Shown here: piece by piece, positions 42,030 through 51,532 of the stretch
Numbering within the stretch: the first letter of the stretch is position 1
How the letters are laid out: each line of letters opens with the position of its first letter
The notes under the pieces: model-generated
What the model was told of the DNA's origin: nothing
The model's input: only the letters and a program-made list of their open reading frames with translations
Databases searched by the model: none
Position numbers and translations under genes: made by a program
Assembly: GCA_963769935.1 (NCBI GenBank)
Contig: CAVYNY010000022.1
Location: 64,001-128,000, forward strand
Length of the DNA: 64,000 nt
Direction of reading: 5' to 3'
DNA from: an uncultured delta proteobacterium
Lineage (GTDB): Bacteria; Desulfobacterota; Desulfobacteria; Desulfobacterales; JAFDCJ01

Positions 42030-43181
42030 CTAAATCACTTCCTGAAGAATCTCCGTGATGTCCTTAATCTCCAGGGCTTGGCTATCCTCAAGGGTCAGCC
42101 GGCTTTCCTCAAAATGGGTGATGCAATAGGGGCAGGAAGTCGCCAGGACCTGGGCCCCGACTTCAACGGCCTGTTTTATTCTGAGGTCGGAGAATCGTTC
42201 ACCCTTTGGGGTTTCCATCCAAATCCTGCCTCCTCCGCCGCCGCAGCAAAGGCTGTTTTCCAGCGAATCGGGCATCTCAAACAGTTCTAACCCGGGTATC
42301 TGCTTTAAAATTCCCCGGGGTTCGTGATAGATACCATTATGCCGGCCCAGGTAGCAGGGGTCATGATACGTCACTTTCTTCGCGTACTCCTTGGTGGGCT
42401 GAAGCTTTCCCTGCTGGATAAGCTCGAATAAATATTGGGAGATATGGACCACTTCAAAGTTGACCTTGAATTCAGGATATTCGTTTTTGAAGGTGTGGTA
42501 GCAATGCGGGGAAGAAACAAGGATTTTCTTCACCCCATTATCGATGAAGGTTTTGATGTTTTCCCTGGCCAGGCGTTTGAATAATTCCTCATCGCCCGTC
42601 TTGCGGATGCTTTCGCCGCAGCAATTTTCCTTGGGACCCAATATTCCGAAATCTATCCCGGCCCTGTTGAGGATATTGGCCGTGGCGCGGGCGACCTTTT
42701 TTAATCTGGGATCATAGGACAGGTAACAGCCGGGGAAATAGAGGATTTCCATCCCCTCGGCGAACGGTTTCACAGACAGGCCCTGAGCCCAATCCGACCT
42801 CTTTTCCCGGTCTTCACCAAAGGGGTTGCCTTTGCCGAGAAGGCTTGCGCTGATGCCGCGGACCGGACGGACAGCAGTGGGAAAAACTCCGTATTCCGTG
42901 GCAATTCTGCGCAGGGCTACGCCGGATTCTATTATTTTCACGCCCCGGGGGCACTGCCGGGGGCAGTTGCCGCAGGTCGTACAACGCCACATCTCTTCAG
43001 TTTCGATATCGGTCAAGCCGAAGGTCGCCTCCCGGATTATCTTGCGCATGCTAAAGGCTCTGACCCGATTCCACGGACAGACCGTATCGCATAATCCGCA
43101 TTGGTAGCAATATTTGAAGCCATCGCCGCCGGACTCTTTTATGACATCGATGATCTCTTTTAAGGGAGCTACAGTTTCCAC
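42030..43181 (-). CDS. bamD: Class II benzoyl-CoA reductase subunit D, HdrC/HdrB-like (CCG domains)
   Basis: CYQCGLCDTVCP, CTTCGNCPRQCP, ENCCG, YHDPCYLGRHN, LCCGGGGG, TSCPYC. Confidence 0.88.
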   Translation of the reverse strand: METVAPLKEIIDVIKESGGDGFKYCYQCGLCDTVCPWNRVRAFSMRKIIREATFGLTDIETEEMWRCTTCGNCPRQCPRGVKIIESGVALRRIATEYGVFPTAVRPVRGISASLLGKGNPFGEDREKRSDWAQGLSVKPFAEGMEILYFPGCYLSYDPRLKKVARATANILNRAGIDFGILGPKENCCGESIRKTGDEELFKRLARENIKTFIDNGVKKILVSSPHCYHTFKNEYPEFKVNFEVVHISQYLFELIQQGKLQPTKEYAKKVTYHDPCYLGRHNGIYHEPRGILKQIPGLELFEMPDSLENSLCCGGGGGRIWMETPKGERFSDLRIKQAVEVGAQVLATSCPYCITHFEESRLTLEDSQALEIKDITEILQEVI

Positions 43182-43199
43182 TGTCTTTATTATCCTTTG

Positions 43200-43736
43200 T
43201 TAGTCTTTCTTTGACATTCGGGCAACGGCATCCATTATCTTCTGCAATCCATGCTTTTTTGCCAACGATTCCAATCCAGTCTCCAATTCCTCCTGATCTT
43301 CCTCTTCTTCGACTTCCTCCTCCTTTTCTTCTAAAATCAGGGCATCATTTAAGCACCACTTGACACACAAAGGCTCTTCTTCGCCTTCACACATATCGCA
43401 TTTTAGGGGGAGGCCGGAATCGGGTTCTTTGAACTCTTCTCTTGAAGGGCAGGAAGCTCGGCAGAAGGCGCACTCGTCGTATTCCTTGCCGTCGATCGTG
43501 TATTTGTCCCGGCCGGCACATTCGGCGGGAGTATAATCACCTGCGTATACCGGAACATATATGTCTTTAAGCGGTTCACTAATCACGCGAATACGGGCCC
43601 TTGCCGGATTATTGCTGCTGTATTTCGGCGCCGCGTGAAATGCCGAGCAGACCAACTCACATGCCCGGCAGCCATTGCATTTATCAACATCAATTCTAAT
43701 TGTTTTGACTATTCTCTTTTTTTTCTCACCCTTCAT
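43200..43736 (-). CDS. bamC: Class II benzoyl-CoA reductase subunit C, FeS protein
   Basis: CNGCRACELVCSAFH..PKYSSNNPAR, ECAFCRASCPSR, KCDMC, PLCVKWC. Directly downstream of bamB. Confidence 0.9.
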   Translation of the reverse strand: MKGEKKKRIVKTIRIDVDKCNGCRACELVCSAFHAAPKYSSNNPARARIRVISEPLKDIYVPVYAGDYTPAECAGRDKYTIDGKEYDECAFCRASCPSREEFKEPDSGLPLKCDMCEGEEEPLCVKWCLNDALILEEKEEEVEEEEDQEELETGLESLAKKHGLQKIMDAVARMSKKD

Positions 43737-43754
43737 GATACGACTCCCTTCGTT

Positions 43755-45761
43755 TTATTCCTGCGCTTTTTCCGCTGAGTTCTGTTTGGGAGGAACAGCA
43801 TCACCATCTGTCAAGATGCCTCTTTGGATGAAGTCCTTACTCACGTAATCCAAATCCAAATCATGCAAGGATTGCTTCGTCGGAATACCCTCGCTATTCC
43901 ATCCTTTGAATTTGTAATACGTATCTAAGAGTTCCTCTTCAAGTTCAGGGAATCTTTTTTTCCAATGGTTCTCCGGCGGCTTGTCATCTTTTCTGCGCAG
44001 GCCTCTTCTTATATTAATGGCCCTTACTAAAGTTCGGTACCGTTTGGCTGCTTGCGACAGTTTATGCTCATCCATATCGATTCCGGCACCTGATGAGATA
44101 AATTTCGGGTAATTGTGTATATGATAGGGAGGCTTCAGGGGAAATGATGACAAACCGGCACACATTCCGAGGGCGTCATCTATGTAGTGCATTTTCTCTT
44201 GCCAGTCCACGATATCACAAGACATCTGAACAGTCGGATAGTATGGATTTGAGTTTTCACCGCGCGGTTCCCAGTCCAAAAAATATTGTTTGAACTTTTC
44301 ATCAGGAACCTGGAACCAGTCCTTTACAAACGCTTCTCTGTGTTCTCTCTTGGGGTAAGGCGCCTGGGGGAACTGTCCTTCAATCTGGGTAATGTTGATC
44401 TTCTCGCCGGTTGCATACATCAGGAAATAAACCGGATTCAGCATTGACAGCTTGAGAGGCAGCTGTTCATGTTTCTTAATATTGTTATGCGCATATGCCT
44501 CGGCGCCGTTGCCAATTTCTTTGGCTGCCCAATACGTACCATTGGCCAAAACATCGCCGATTCCCTCCCGCCGGACAATTCTGTCAAGTAACCAGTAAAA
44601 TCTCCCCTCGCTATCAGAGGGCATTTCCGGAAAATCTTTATCGCTTAAAATGCCGTTTTCGTATAGTTCAAGGGCGAAAGCCATAACTTGCGGGGTGGAG
44701 AATCCGTCCACGCCATATTCCGTAGCCTGCTGGGCGATTTTTAAACCAAAATTCAGGTCTGACATAGCCGCCATGGTATAGGTAAGCTTCGAGAAACATT
44801 TCATCATGTAGGTTGGTTGTCCGGGGGGGGAAATTGTCGCCGCGCATTTCATGGGACAGTTATAGCAACTTATCAGCCGTGTCCGCATATTCTCCATCGT
44901 CTGGGTCCACGCCTTTTTGACCTCATCGGTCCAAAAATCTCTTCTGCGCACGCGGGAGTTTCCCCACATGAAATTCTCGGTGTGCCACTTCTCATCATGG
45001 GTTGCCATCTCTTGGGGCGACCCAAGCCCTTGTAAGATGGTCATGACCCCGGGAATTGGATTTTGATTTCGAAACTTTATATATTCCAGCACTTCGTTGC
45101 AAAGCCCCAGGAATTCATCGGGACGGGCAATATTGATGTCCCTGGTTCCGCGAACAACGATCGCCTTTACGCCTTTGTCGCCCATAACGGCGCCTAGACC
45201 CTGCCGGCTGGCACTGGACCGGCCCTGCTCAATGGAAGCGAAATAGACCCGATTTTCTCCGGCCAGGCCGATGGCAGCCACCTGGGCTTTGGGCTGCTTT
45301 AACTCCTGTCGAATAAGTTGTGCCGTTTCCGTAGCGCCTTTACCCCGCAAATGAGAGGCGTCACGTATTTCCACCTTGTCATTGTTTATCCACAAATAAA
45401 CCAGATCGGGGGACTTGCCGCGCAATATCACTTTGTCATAACCGGCATACTTCAATTCCGGCGCCCAAAACCCGCCCATCATTGAAAATGCCATTAACCG
45501 GGTCTGAGGAGAAATGGTAGAAACGATGGTACGGTTGCAACCGGTAGCCGGTGTGCCGCATAAAAGACCGGCGCTGAATATCAGCAGGTTTTCGGGAGAA
45601 AAGGGTTCAACTTCAGGGGGAACCCTGTCCCATAATATTTTGGCGTTGGTACCCAGACCCCCCAGATAAAGCTCGGTGTCTTTTGGGTCCGTGTGCACCC
45701 TCTCGATGTTTCCTCGGGTTAGATCAACTTCTAAATTGATCCCTGTCTCGGCGTACCTCAT
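43755..45761 (-). CDS. bamB: Class II benzoyl-CoA reductase, tungstopterin catalytic subunit (AOR family)
   Basis: Near-identical to BamB as I recall it: MRYAETG..LEVDLT, GSPQEM..HDEKWHTENF (Zn/proton-relay residues), MMKCFSKL (W-ligating Cys), QIEGQFPQ. Confidence 0.93.
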   Translation of the reverse strand: MRYAETGINLEVDLTRGNIERVHTDPKDTELYLGGLGTNAKILWDRVPPEVEPFSPENLLIFSAGLLCGTPATGCNRTIVSTISPQTRLMAFSMMGGFWAPELKYAGYDKVILRGKSPDLVYLWINNDKVEIRDASHLRGKGATETAQLIRQELKQPKAQVAAIGLAGENRVYFASIEQGRSSASRQGLGAVMGDKGVKAIVVRGTRDINIARPDEFLGLCNEVLEYIKFRNQNPIPGVMTILQGLGSPQEMATHDEKWHTENFMWGNSRVRRRDFWTDEVKKAWTQTMENMRTRLISCYNCPMKCAATISPPGQPTYMMKCFSKLTYTMAAMSDLNFGLKIAQQATEYGVDGFSTPQVMAFALELYENGILSDKDFPEMPSDSEGRFYWLLDRIVRREGIGDVLANGTYWAAKEIGNGAEAYAHNNIKKHEQLPLKLSMLNPVYFLMYATGEKINITQIEGQFPQAPYPKREHREAFVKDWFQVPDEKFKQYFLDWEPRGENSNPYYPTVQMSCDIVDWQEKMHYIDDALGMCAGLSSFPLKPPYHIHNYPKFISSGAGIDMDEHKLSQAAKRYRTLVRAINIRRGLRRKDDKPPENHWKKRFPELEEELLDTYYKFKGWNSEGIPTKQSLHDLDLDYVSKDFIQRGILTDGDAVPPKQNSAEKAQE

Positions 45762-45828
45762 TTTTTTTCTCCTGCTAGATTTCCTGAATCCGTAATTTGA
45801 TGGATTGCAAGGCCATCCATTTTTTTCA

Positions 45829-46029
45829 TCAATCGACGCGGATGATTTTCACGTGCTTGCCCACCCAATCCGGTGGCAGGTAGACCCGCCCGGTGTTTCC
45901 GCTGGGTTTGACTTCTTTTTCGATCATCTCTTCCCCGAAGACCCTGAACTTGGCCTTGGGGGTCCGGCCGGGATTTTCCGGTTTCCTGTCGATCTTTTTC
46001 ATGTCCATTTCTCTTTTCCGGGCAACCAT
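45829..46029 (-). CDS. DUF2080-family small protein (AbrB-like fold)
   Basis: GEEMIEKEVKPSGNTGRVYLPPDWVGKHVKIIRVD. Start uncertain (46029 or 46008). Confidence 0.8.
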   Translation of the reverse strand: MVARKREMDMKKIDRKPENPGRTPKAKFRVFGEEMIEKEVKPSGNTGRVYLPPDWVGKHVKIIRVD

Positions 46030-46205
46030 ATTCTCACCGCAGTTGGCGGAACAAGGTGATTTCATTTCGGCCCGCATCAAACCGGTGTTCATGGTCGGCA
46101 CCGATCGCATTTGCGACGACGAACGGATGGCTCTGTAAGCGATTGAATTTGTTTATGATGTCAGTTAAAATTCACACCGGCCCGCAGGTCGGTGCGTCAT
46201 AATTC

Positions 46206-46269
46206 TAGCTATAAATTAACTATATATTAGCTATAAAGTAGTTATAAAAGCTTCCCTGGTTCTTGTCAA
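46206..46269 (-). promoter_or_regulatory. sigma70 promoter of the DUF2080-bam operon, overlapped by a 4x11-bp repeat
   Basis: TTGACA (46269-46264), 17 bp, TATAAC (46246-46241). Plus-strand repeats TAGCTATAAAT TAACTATATAT TAGCTATAAAG TAGTTATAAAA. Confidence 0.65.
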
Positions 46270-46289
46270 GAAAAAAATCATCGGGCAGG

Positions 46290-47050
46290 TGGTGTGACGC
46301 GGCTGAAGCGAATTCTTTTTGTCCTTCGTACGCGAAGTCAAGGCTCAGGGTGTGCCTGCCGGGAGTCAACCCGTCGGCGCCGGCAATGCGGATGCCCGCA
46401 TCGGGCTGCTCCGAGCGTTTGAAGACCCAGACCGGTTTGCCGTCGAGCATCAGCAACCCCCATCCGGCAAACCGTCCTTCCGGGGTAACGATGACGCCCT
46501 GGCCGCCATTCTACGGTATGACTATTTGGGCGGTGATTGTATCGGAGGCATTTTTCACGACCGCTGCGGTTCCCTCGGGAATTCGAACCGTACCCTGACG
46601 ATAGACAAAGTGGCTGCGTCCCCGCGCCAGGCTCGGCCTCTCGAACGTCGCAGCAAGCGTCGCCTGGAGGCTGAAGTTCAATGGCAGGACGTTGTTGCGG
46701 CCGGCTTCCGTCCACCACAGTTTCTGCAGCGCATTCAGCTTCGCGGGATGGGTCTTCGCCAGATCGTTTCCCGGGCTGAAATCCTGGTCGAGAATGTAAA
46801 GCTCCCAGTTGAAGCTCTCCGGCGTCAGCCCTTTTTGTTCGGGCTCCCATGCGAAGATTAGCGGCGTCGTTGAAGCCATCCAGCCGCTTTTATAAATGGC
46901 GCGGTTGCCGAACATTTCGAAGGTCTGCTTGGTGCGGCGATCTTTCGCATCGAGGTGGTCCCAGGTGTAGGCCATGGAAATCCCGTCGATGGCATCGGCT
47001 TAATGCCGTTGATCATGTCCGGCGCTTGCACGCCTATCTTCTGGCTTCGG
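46290..47050 (-). pseudogene. Arylsulfatase C-terminal remnant
   Basis: IDGISMAYTW...FEMFGNRAIYKSGWMA...WELY.LDQDFS.GNDLA...NVLPL, then frameshifted QGVIVT.EGRFAGWGL...GRHTLSLDFAY. No N-terminal catalytic region. Confidence 0.85.
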
Positions 47051-47289
47051 CGGCGGTCTTCGATTCCTTACCTGGGGTGGATAACGAAACGCCGCGCGGC
47101 GGCGTGAACGTCTCACCCGCATTTGAATCCCCATGGGTTATTGTCTGATTGGATCAAAGTCCAATCGTTCAATTCTTGCATTTTAACGTCGATACCATTC
47201 CATAACTCATCGACTCGAAAAGTGCTTTTTCAGACCAAGTATATTGATGTATTCAGCCAGGCAGCAATGCTTCACTTAAACGGCCGGCA

Positions 47290-47997
47290 TTATATGTCAT
47301 ATCCCAGGTTTCTTGATAATTCCTCAGCCCCTTTGCGAATGATGCCCGCCAGTTCATCCTGTTTGCCGAAACTCATGCGAGTAATGGGGACTGAGAAGCT
47401 CATTGCCGCGACCATCTCACGCCTGCCGTCATAGACCGGGGCCGCCACGCAACGGACATCGATGTTCGATTCGCAGTCATCGTAGGCTAAGGGCTCACTC
47501 AAAAATAACTTCACATTTTATACGCCGCTGCATCCCGCCTGGCTGCGTTGCGAAAGCTCGGAATATCCAGATATTCCTGCGTTTTCGCGCCTTGCCAGAC
47601 GGGCCCCGCAACGCCTAAAATTGTGAACTTATTTTTTCGTGAACCCTAAGCCACGTCGGCGAATCATATCCAGCTCTTGAAGCAGTTTCGAAACGGAAGT
47701 GATACTGTTTGCCGCCAAGCCCTTCGCCGCCCGACGCCCTGCTGAGATCAGGTCGACATTGGCCGCGTAAACGCTGCCTATCTCGAAAAGCTTGAATCCA
47801 AGAGAGACCCGGTTGGGTTGCCCTTCCACCGCCGTCAGATATCCACACGCCAAGAGGGTATTGACGATTTCATACGCCGTTGTCCGCGGAAAATTCAATT
47901 GCGCCACGATCGCCGGAACGGAAAGTTCACGGGTTCCTTTCAGAAAAAGTTCAAGGACATCAAAAGCGCGTTTGATTGAGGGAATTTTTCTCGGCAC
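47290..47997 (-). pseudogene. IclR-family regulator, interrupted by a MITE and internally deleted
   Basis: HTH (SIKRAFDVLELF...PRTTAYEIVNTL..GYL). C-terminus RRRGL|AYDDCESNIDVRCVAAPV is split by the insertion. The restored protein is only 182 aa. Confidence 0.88.
47491..47646. mobile_element. 156-bp MITE with about 30-bp imperfect TIRs and TAA target duplication
   Basis: Left end GGGCTCACTCAAAAATAACTTCACATTTTA; right end, reverse-complemented, GGGTTCACGAAAAAATAAGTTCACAATTTTA. TAA at 47488-47490 and 47647-47649. Confidence 0.88.
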
Positions 47998-48092
47998 CAC
48001 AACCTCCCAAAATTTGTTCAATTGACCTGGTACCACACATTAGGCAGCCGAGGTCTGCTTGTAAAGAATGAAACGTACGTATTTACCGACAC

Positions 48093-48284
48093 TATCCAGT
48101 ATATCGGACAATAAAACCCAATAATGGCGACAGACAAAGAATCTCATCATTAATTATAGACTGCAACATAAACGCTAAAAAAAAATGTTGTCAATCATAA
48201 AAAAATTCTTGACTGGGTGGAATCTATCTGTTAGTTGGTTTTTCCAATGTACGAAATACCGTATTATGTCTGATATTTCGAACA
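48093..48284. promoter_or_regulatory. Three related 18-bp imperfect palindromes, candidate IclR operators
   Basis: TGTCCGATATACTGGATA (reverse complement of 48093-48110), TGTACGAAATACCGTATT (48248-48265), TGTCTGATATTTCGAACA (48267-48284). TTGACT at 48209. Confidence 0.5.
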
Positions 48285-48610
48285 TTTATTAACCAGAGAC
48301 GGGAGTTGCTCATGGTTAAGGAGAAGAATTCGGCGGCTAATTCAGTAAAGGCTGGTGAAGTCAAACCTTTCGATACAACCCCTGTCCTACGGTTAACCCC
48401 TGAACGCATTACTGGAACGCATAAGGTGTTCGTAGCAGCCCGTAAAGGTATGCAGGCCGCCTTGGTCCGTGAACCGGATGCTGATGTCATAGCCCCAACC
48501 GAGGTTGCTGTCCCTACCGAAATTAGGATAATCATTCGACCCACAACAAAGCGCCATGTGTTTTTGACAAGGCGGTGCTGGGGATGTTTGAGCATCAGAG
48601 AGGTGTTTAG

Positions 48611-49168
48611 ATGCAAGGAATACGAATCGACGGCCGGGGCGGTCAGGGCGCGGTTTTAGCGTCCAAGATCTTGGCCCAGGCCTTTTACCGCCAGGGTTTC
48701 TCGGTGCAGGCTTTTCCAGCCTTTGGGATGGAAAGGCGCGGTGCCCCGGTATCGGCTTACGTCCGGGTTGATGATCAGCCGATACTCCGCAGGGGCCGGA
48801 TCGAAATGGCCCAAACCGTTATCGTGCTTGATCCGGCCTTGCTGGAGATGATCGATGTTAACCAAGGACTAGCCGACGGCGGATTGCTCTTGCTTAATCA
48901 TCCCCAAGCTCCCAATGAACTGAGTCTGGTTGGCGAATTCCGCCTAGCGACGGTGGATGCAACCAGGTTGGCTTTAACCCAAGAATTAGGCTCAAGTTCC
49001 TCACCCATTGTAAACACCGTCGTGCTAGGCGCCTTTGCCCGCCTTGATGAAGACCTGGAGTTGGACAACGTCCTGAGCGCCATTGCGCAATACACTCCGG
49101 TGAAAATAGAAGCCAATATTGAGGCGGCGCGGCTGGCGTACAGCGCTGTCATTAGAGGGGAGGCCTGA
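48611..49168 (+). CDS. 2-oxoacid:ferredoxin oxidoreductase gamma subunit
   Basis: IRIDGRGGQGAV, FPAFGMERRGAPV, PIVNTVVLGA. Confidence 0.93.
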   Translation: MQGIRIDGRGGQGAVLASKILAQAFYRQGFSVQAFPAFGMERRGAPVSAYVRVDDQPILRRGRIEMAQTVIVLDPALLEMIDVNQGLADGGLLLLNHPQAPNELSLVGEFRLATVDATRLALTQELGSSSSPIVNTVVLGAFARLDEDLELDNVLSAIAQYTPVKIEANIEAARLAYSAVIRGEA

Positions 49169-49196
49169 GTTGAGAGCAAAACCGGAGATAACAAGA

Positions 49197-50366
49197 ATGG
49201 CTGAGCTCCCCAAGGTGCCTATAACAATTGGGGATATGACTTATAACCGTACCGGCCTATGGCGCTACCTGATGCCTGTGATACATGACCGGGTTGCACC
49301 CTGCCAGATCGCTTGTCCCTTAGGCATGCCTTCACCGGATTTCATCAATGATCTAATCCGCCGGGACGCCGCCCGGGCTCTAAACCGGATTATGGAGCTT
49401 AACCCGCTACCTGGAATAACCGGGCGGCTGTGTTATCACCCTTGCCAATCCAAATGTCTTCGCCGGGGGTTAGACAGCAACGTGCAGATCCAAATGCTGG
49501 AAAGGTATCTGGCGGACACGGCGCCGGAACCTGCAACCTCAGCGCCCAAAAGTCTTAAAGCACAAGTGGCGGTTCTCGGTGCCGGACCATTGGGGCTCAG
49601 TACGGCCTACTTCCTGGGCCGGATGGGTATTTCGGTGACGGTCTGCGATCCTTTGGATCAGCCCGGTGGCTTTCTCGCTTCGGTGGACAATGACAAGTTG
49701 CCCAAGGAAATACTCGGCCGCGAAACTAACCGGCTCATCAGCTTGGCGAATATAGAGCTTAAGTTGGGCGATGAGTATTCCACATTGGATTCAGGCAGCC
49801 TGAAGCAAGACTGGCGTTTGATCATCCATGATCAAACCGCTCATGCCAAAGACAGCGGGCCGGCTAAAAGCCTGACCATGTTGTCAAGCCAGTTATCCTC
49901 GGGGCGTCTGCTGCTGGATACTACCGGTGTCTGCCTTCGGGATATTTACAAAGCCAATCAAATTGCCATGGCGGTAGCTGCCGGGCGTGAATTAGCTGCG
50001 CAAGCTTTAAGCAGCCTGGGGTTTAGTCAACAAAGTGATGAACTGAAGGGGTTGATCAATAGCGGTCAGACGGAAAGCTCCATCAGCACAAAAGATATCC
50101 GTTATGAGCTGTTTGACGAGCCAGACTCCGTGGGCGCCGACTCTAAAGGCCAGACCTTATCCGATGAGCAGGCCTTGGCCGAGGCGAAGCGCTGTCTGTC
50201 CTGCGGCCACTGCAATCTGTGCGGGCGCTGTTTGGTGTTTTGCCCTGATGTGTCACTTAGCGTAAACAAGCAAGGGACAAAACTCGAAGTTGACGAAATG
50301 CACTGCAAGGGCTGCGGTATCTGCGCCTACGAATGCCCCCGGCGGGCCATAACAATGGAGAGATAA
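49197..50366 (+). CDS. GltD-like FeS/FAD domain fused to OFOR delta (2x[4Fe-4S]) subunit
   Basis: N-terminal delta-like RTGLWRYLMP, PCQIACP, NPLPGITGRLCYHPC, GAGPLG. C-terminal EAKRCLSCG.CNLCGRCLVFCPD, CKGCGICAYECP. Alternative TTG start at 49170. Confidence 0.85.
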   Translation: MAELPKVPITIGDMTYNRTGLWRYLMPVIHDRVAPCQIACPLGMPSPDFINDLIRRDAARALNRIMELNPLPGITGRLCYHPCQSKCLRRGLDSNVQIQMLERYLADTAPEPATSAPKSLKAQVAVLGAGPLGLSTAYFLGRMGISVTVCDPLDQPGGFLASVDNDKLPKEILGRETNRLISLANIELKLGDEYSTLDSGSLKQDWRLIIHDQTAHAKDSGPAKSLTMLSSQLSSGRLLLDTTGVCLRDIYKANQIAMAVAAGRELAAQALSSLGFSQQSDELKGLINSGQTESSISTKDIRYELFDEPDSVGADSKGQTLSDEQALAEAKRCLSCGHCNLCGRCLVFCPDVSLSVNKQGTKLEVDEMHCKGCGICAYECPRRAITMER

Positions 50367-50368
50367 AC

Positions 50369-51532
50369 GTGGAAAAGGTACTTACCGGGACCGAAACCGC
50401 TGCCGCGGCCGCCCTCTTGGCTAGAGTAGAGGTGGTTTCCGCCTATCCCATCACCCCCCAAACCGTAATCGTTGAGACCTTGGCTGAAATGATAGGGCGG
50501 GGCGACCTGGATGCAAGTTATATCAATGTGGAATCCGAGCATTCAGCCATGGCCAGTTGCATTGGTGCGGCTGCCGCCGGCGCCCGGACTTTCACGGCAA
50601 CATCGTCGCAGGGCCTGGCCCTGATGCATGAAGTGCTGCACTACGCAGCAAACGGGCGCTTGCCTATCGTCATGGTCAACGCCAACCGTTCCCTGGCCCC
50701 GCCCTGGAACCTGTACTGTGACCAATCCGATTCATTGGCTCAGCGGGATACCGGCTGGATTCAATACTACTGTGCGGATTGCCAGGATGTGCTGGACTCG
50801 ATCATCGTGGCTTACAAGGTAGCCGAGAAGGTGTCCCTGCCTGTGATGATTAACATGGACGCCTTCTACCTGACCCACACCTCAGAAGCAGTGCAACTGC
50901 CTGATCAGAAGGCAGTGGACGCCTTCATACCCAAAAGAATCAAGCCGGTGCTGAACTCGGACCAACCGGTGACCTTTGGCAATGTGTGCGGTGCAGACCT
51001 CTATACCTCTCTCCGCTACATCAGGCATCATGATACCAATGCCGCGCTGGAAGTCTGGCAGAACGCTTCCGACGACTATGCCAAGACCTTTGCGCGCTCT
51101 TGCCCACCCCTGCAAACTTACAAAACTGAGGATGCGGACACCATCCTGGTAGTGGCTGGTTCAGCCGCGGGCACTCTAAGGCTCACTGTGGATCAGCTGC
51201 GCGAGCAGGGTCATGCTGCCGGGGTCATGCGTTTGGCAATAATTCGCCCATTCCCTGCCGGACTAATCGCGCAAACAGTTTCTACTGCCAAGCGGGTGAT
51301 CGTGGTGGAAAGGGGGGTTTCCAATGGGATGGGCGGCATTATTGGCCAGGAACTCAAAGCGGGATTGTTTGGCAGCCGAAACGGACTTGAAGTTTGGAGC
51401 CTGTTCGCGGGACTCGGCGGCAAGGACATTGTGCCGGAAGAGATCGCTGCCGAGGTGAAATCCGTTGTGGCCGGTGAAAAAACAAACGAAGCGCTGAACG
51501 ATAACTCCATATGGACGGGGCTATTATCATGA
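50369..51532 (+). CDS. 2-oxoacid:ferredoxin oxidoreductase alpha subunit
   Basis: AYPITPQT, VESEHSA, TATSSQGL, NANRSLAPPW. Confidence 0.94.
   Translation: MEKVLTGTETAAAAALLARVEVVSAYPITPQTVIVETLAEMIGRGDLDASYINVESEHSAMASCIGAAAAGARTFTATSSQGLALMHEVLHYAANGRLPIVMVNANRSLAPPWNLYCDQSDSLAQRDTGWIQYYCADCQDVLDSIIVAYKVAEKVSLPVMINMDAFYLTHTSEAVQLPDQKAVDAFIPKRIKPVLNSDQPVTFGNVCGADLYTSLRYIRHHDTNAALEVWQNASDDYAKTFARSCPPLQTYKTEDADTILVVAGSAAGTLRLTVDQLREQGHAAGVMRLAIIRPFPAGLIAQTVSTAKRVIVVERGVSNGMGGIIGQELKAGLFGSRNGLEVWSLFAGLGGKDIVPEEIAAEVKSVVAGEKTNEALNDNSIWTGLLS

Noticed and set aside
43755..45761. Generic aldehyde:ferredoxin oxidoreductase
   Set aside because: BamB-specific motifs and the bamCDEF context indicate class II benzoyl-CoA reductase.
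48306..48659. 117-aa ORF ahead of the OFOR operon
   Set aside because: It has a possible RBS but no recognisable family and overlaps the gamma gene out of frame. It may be a remnant; not supportable.
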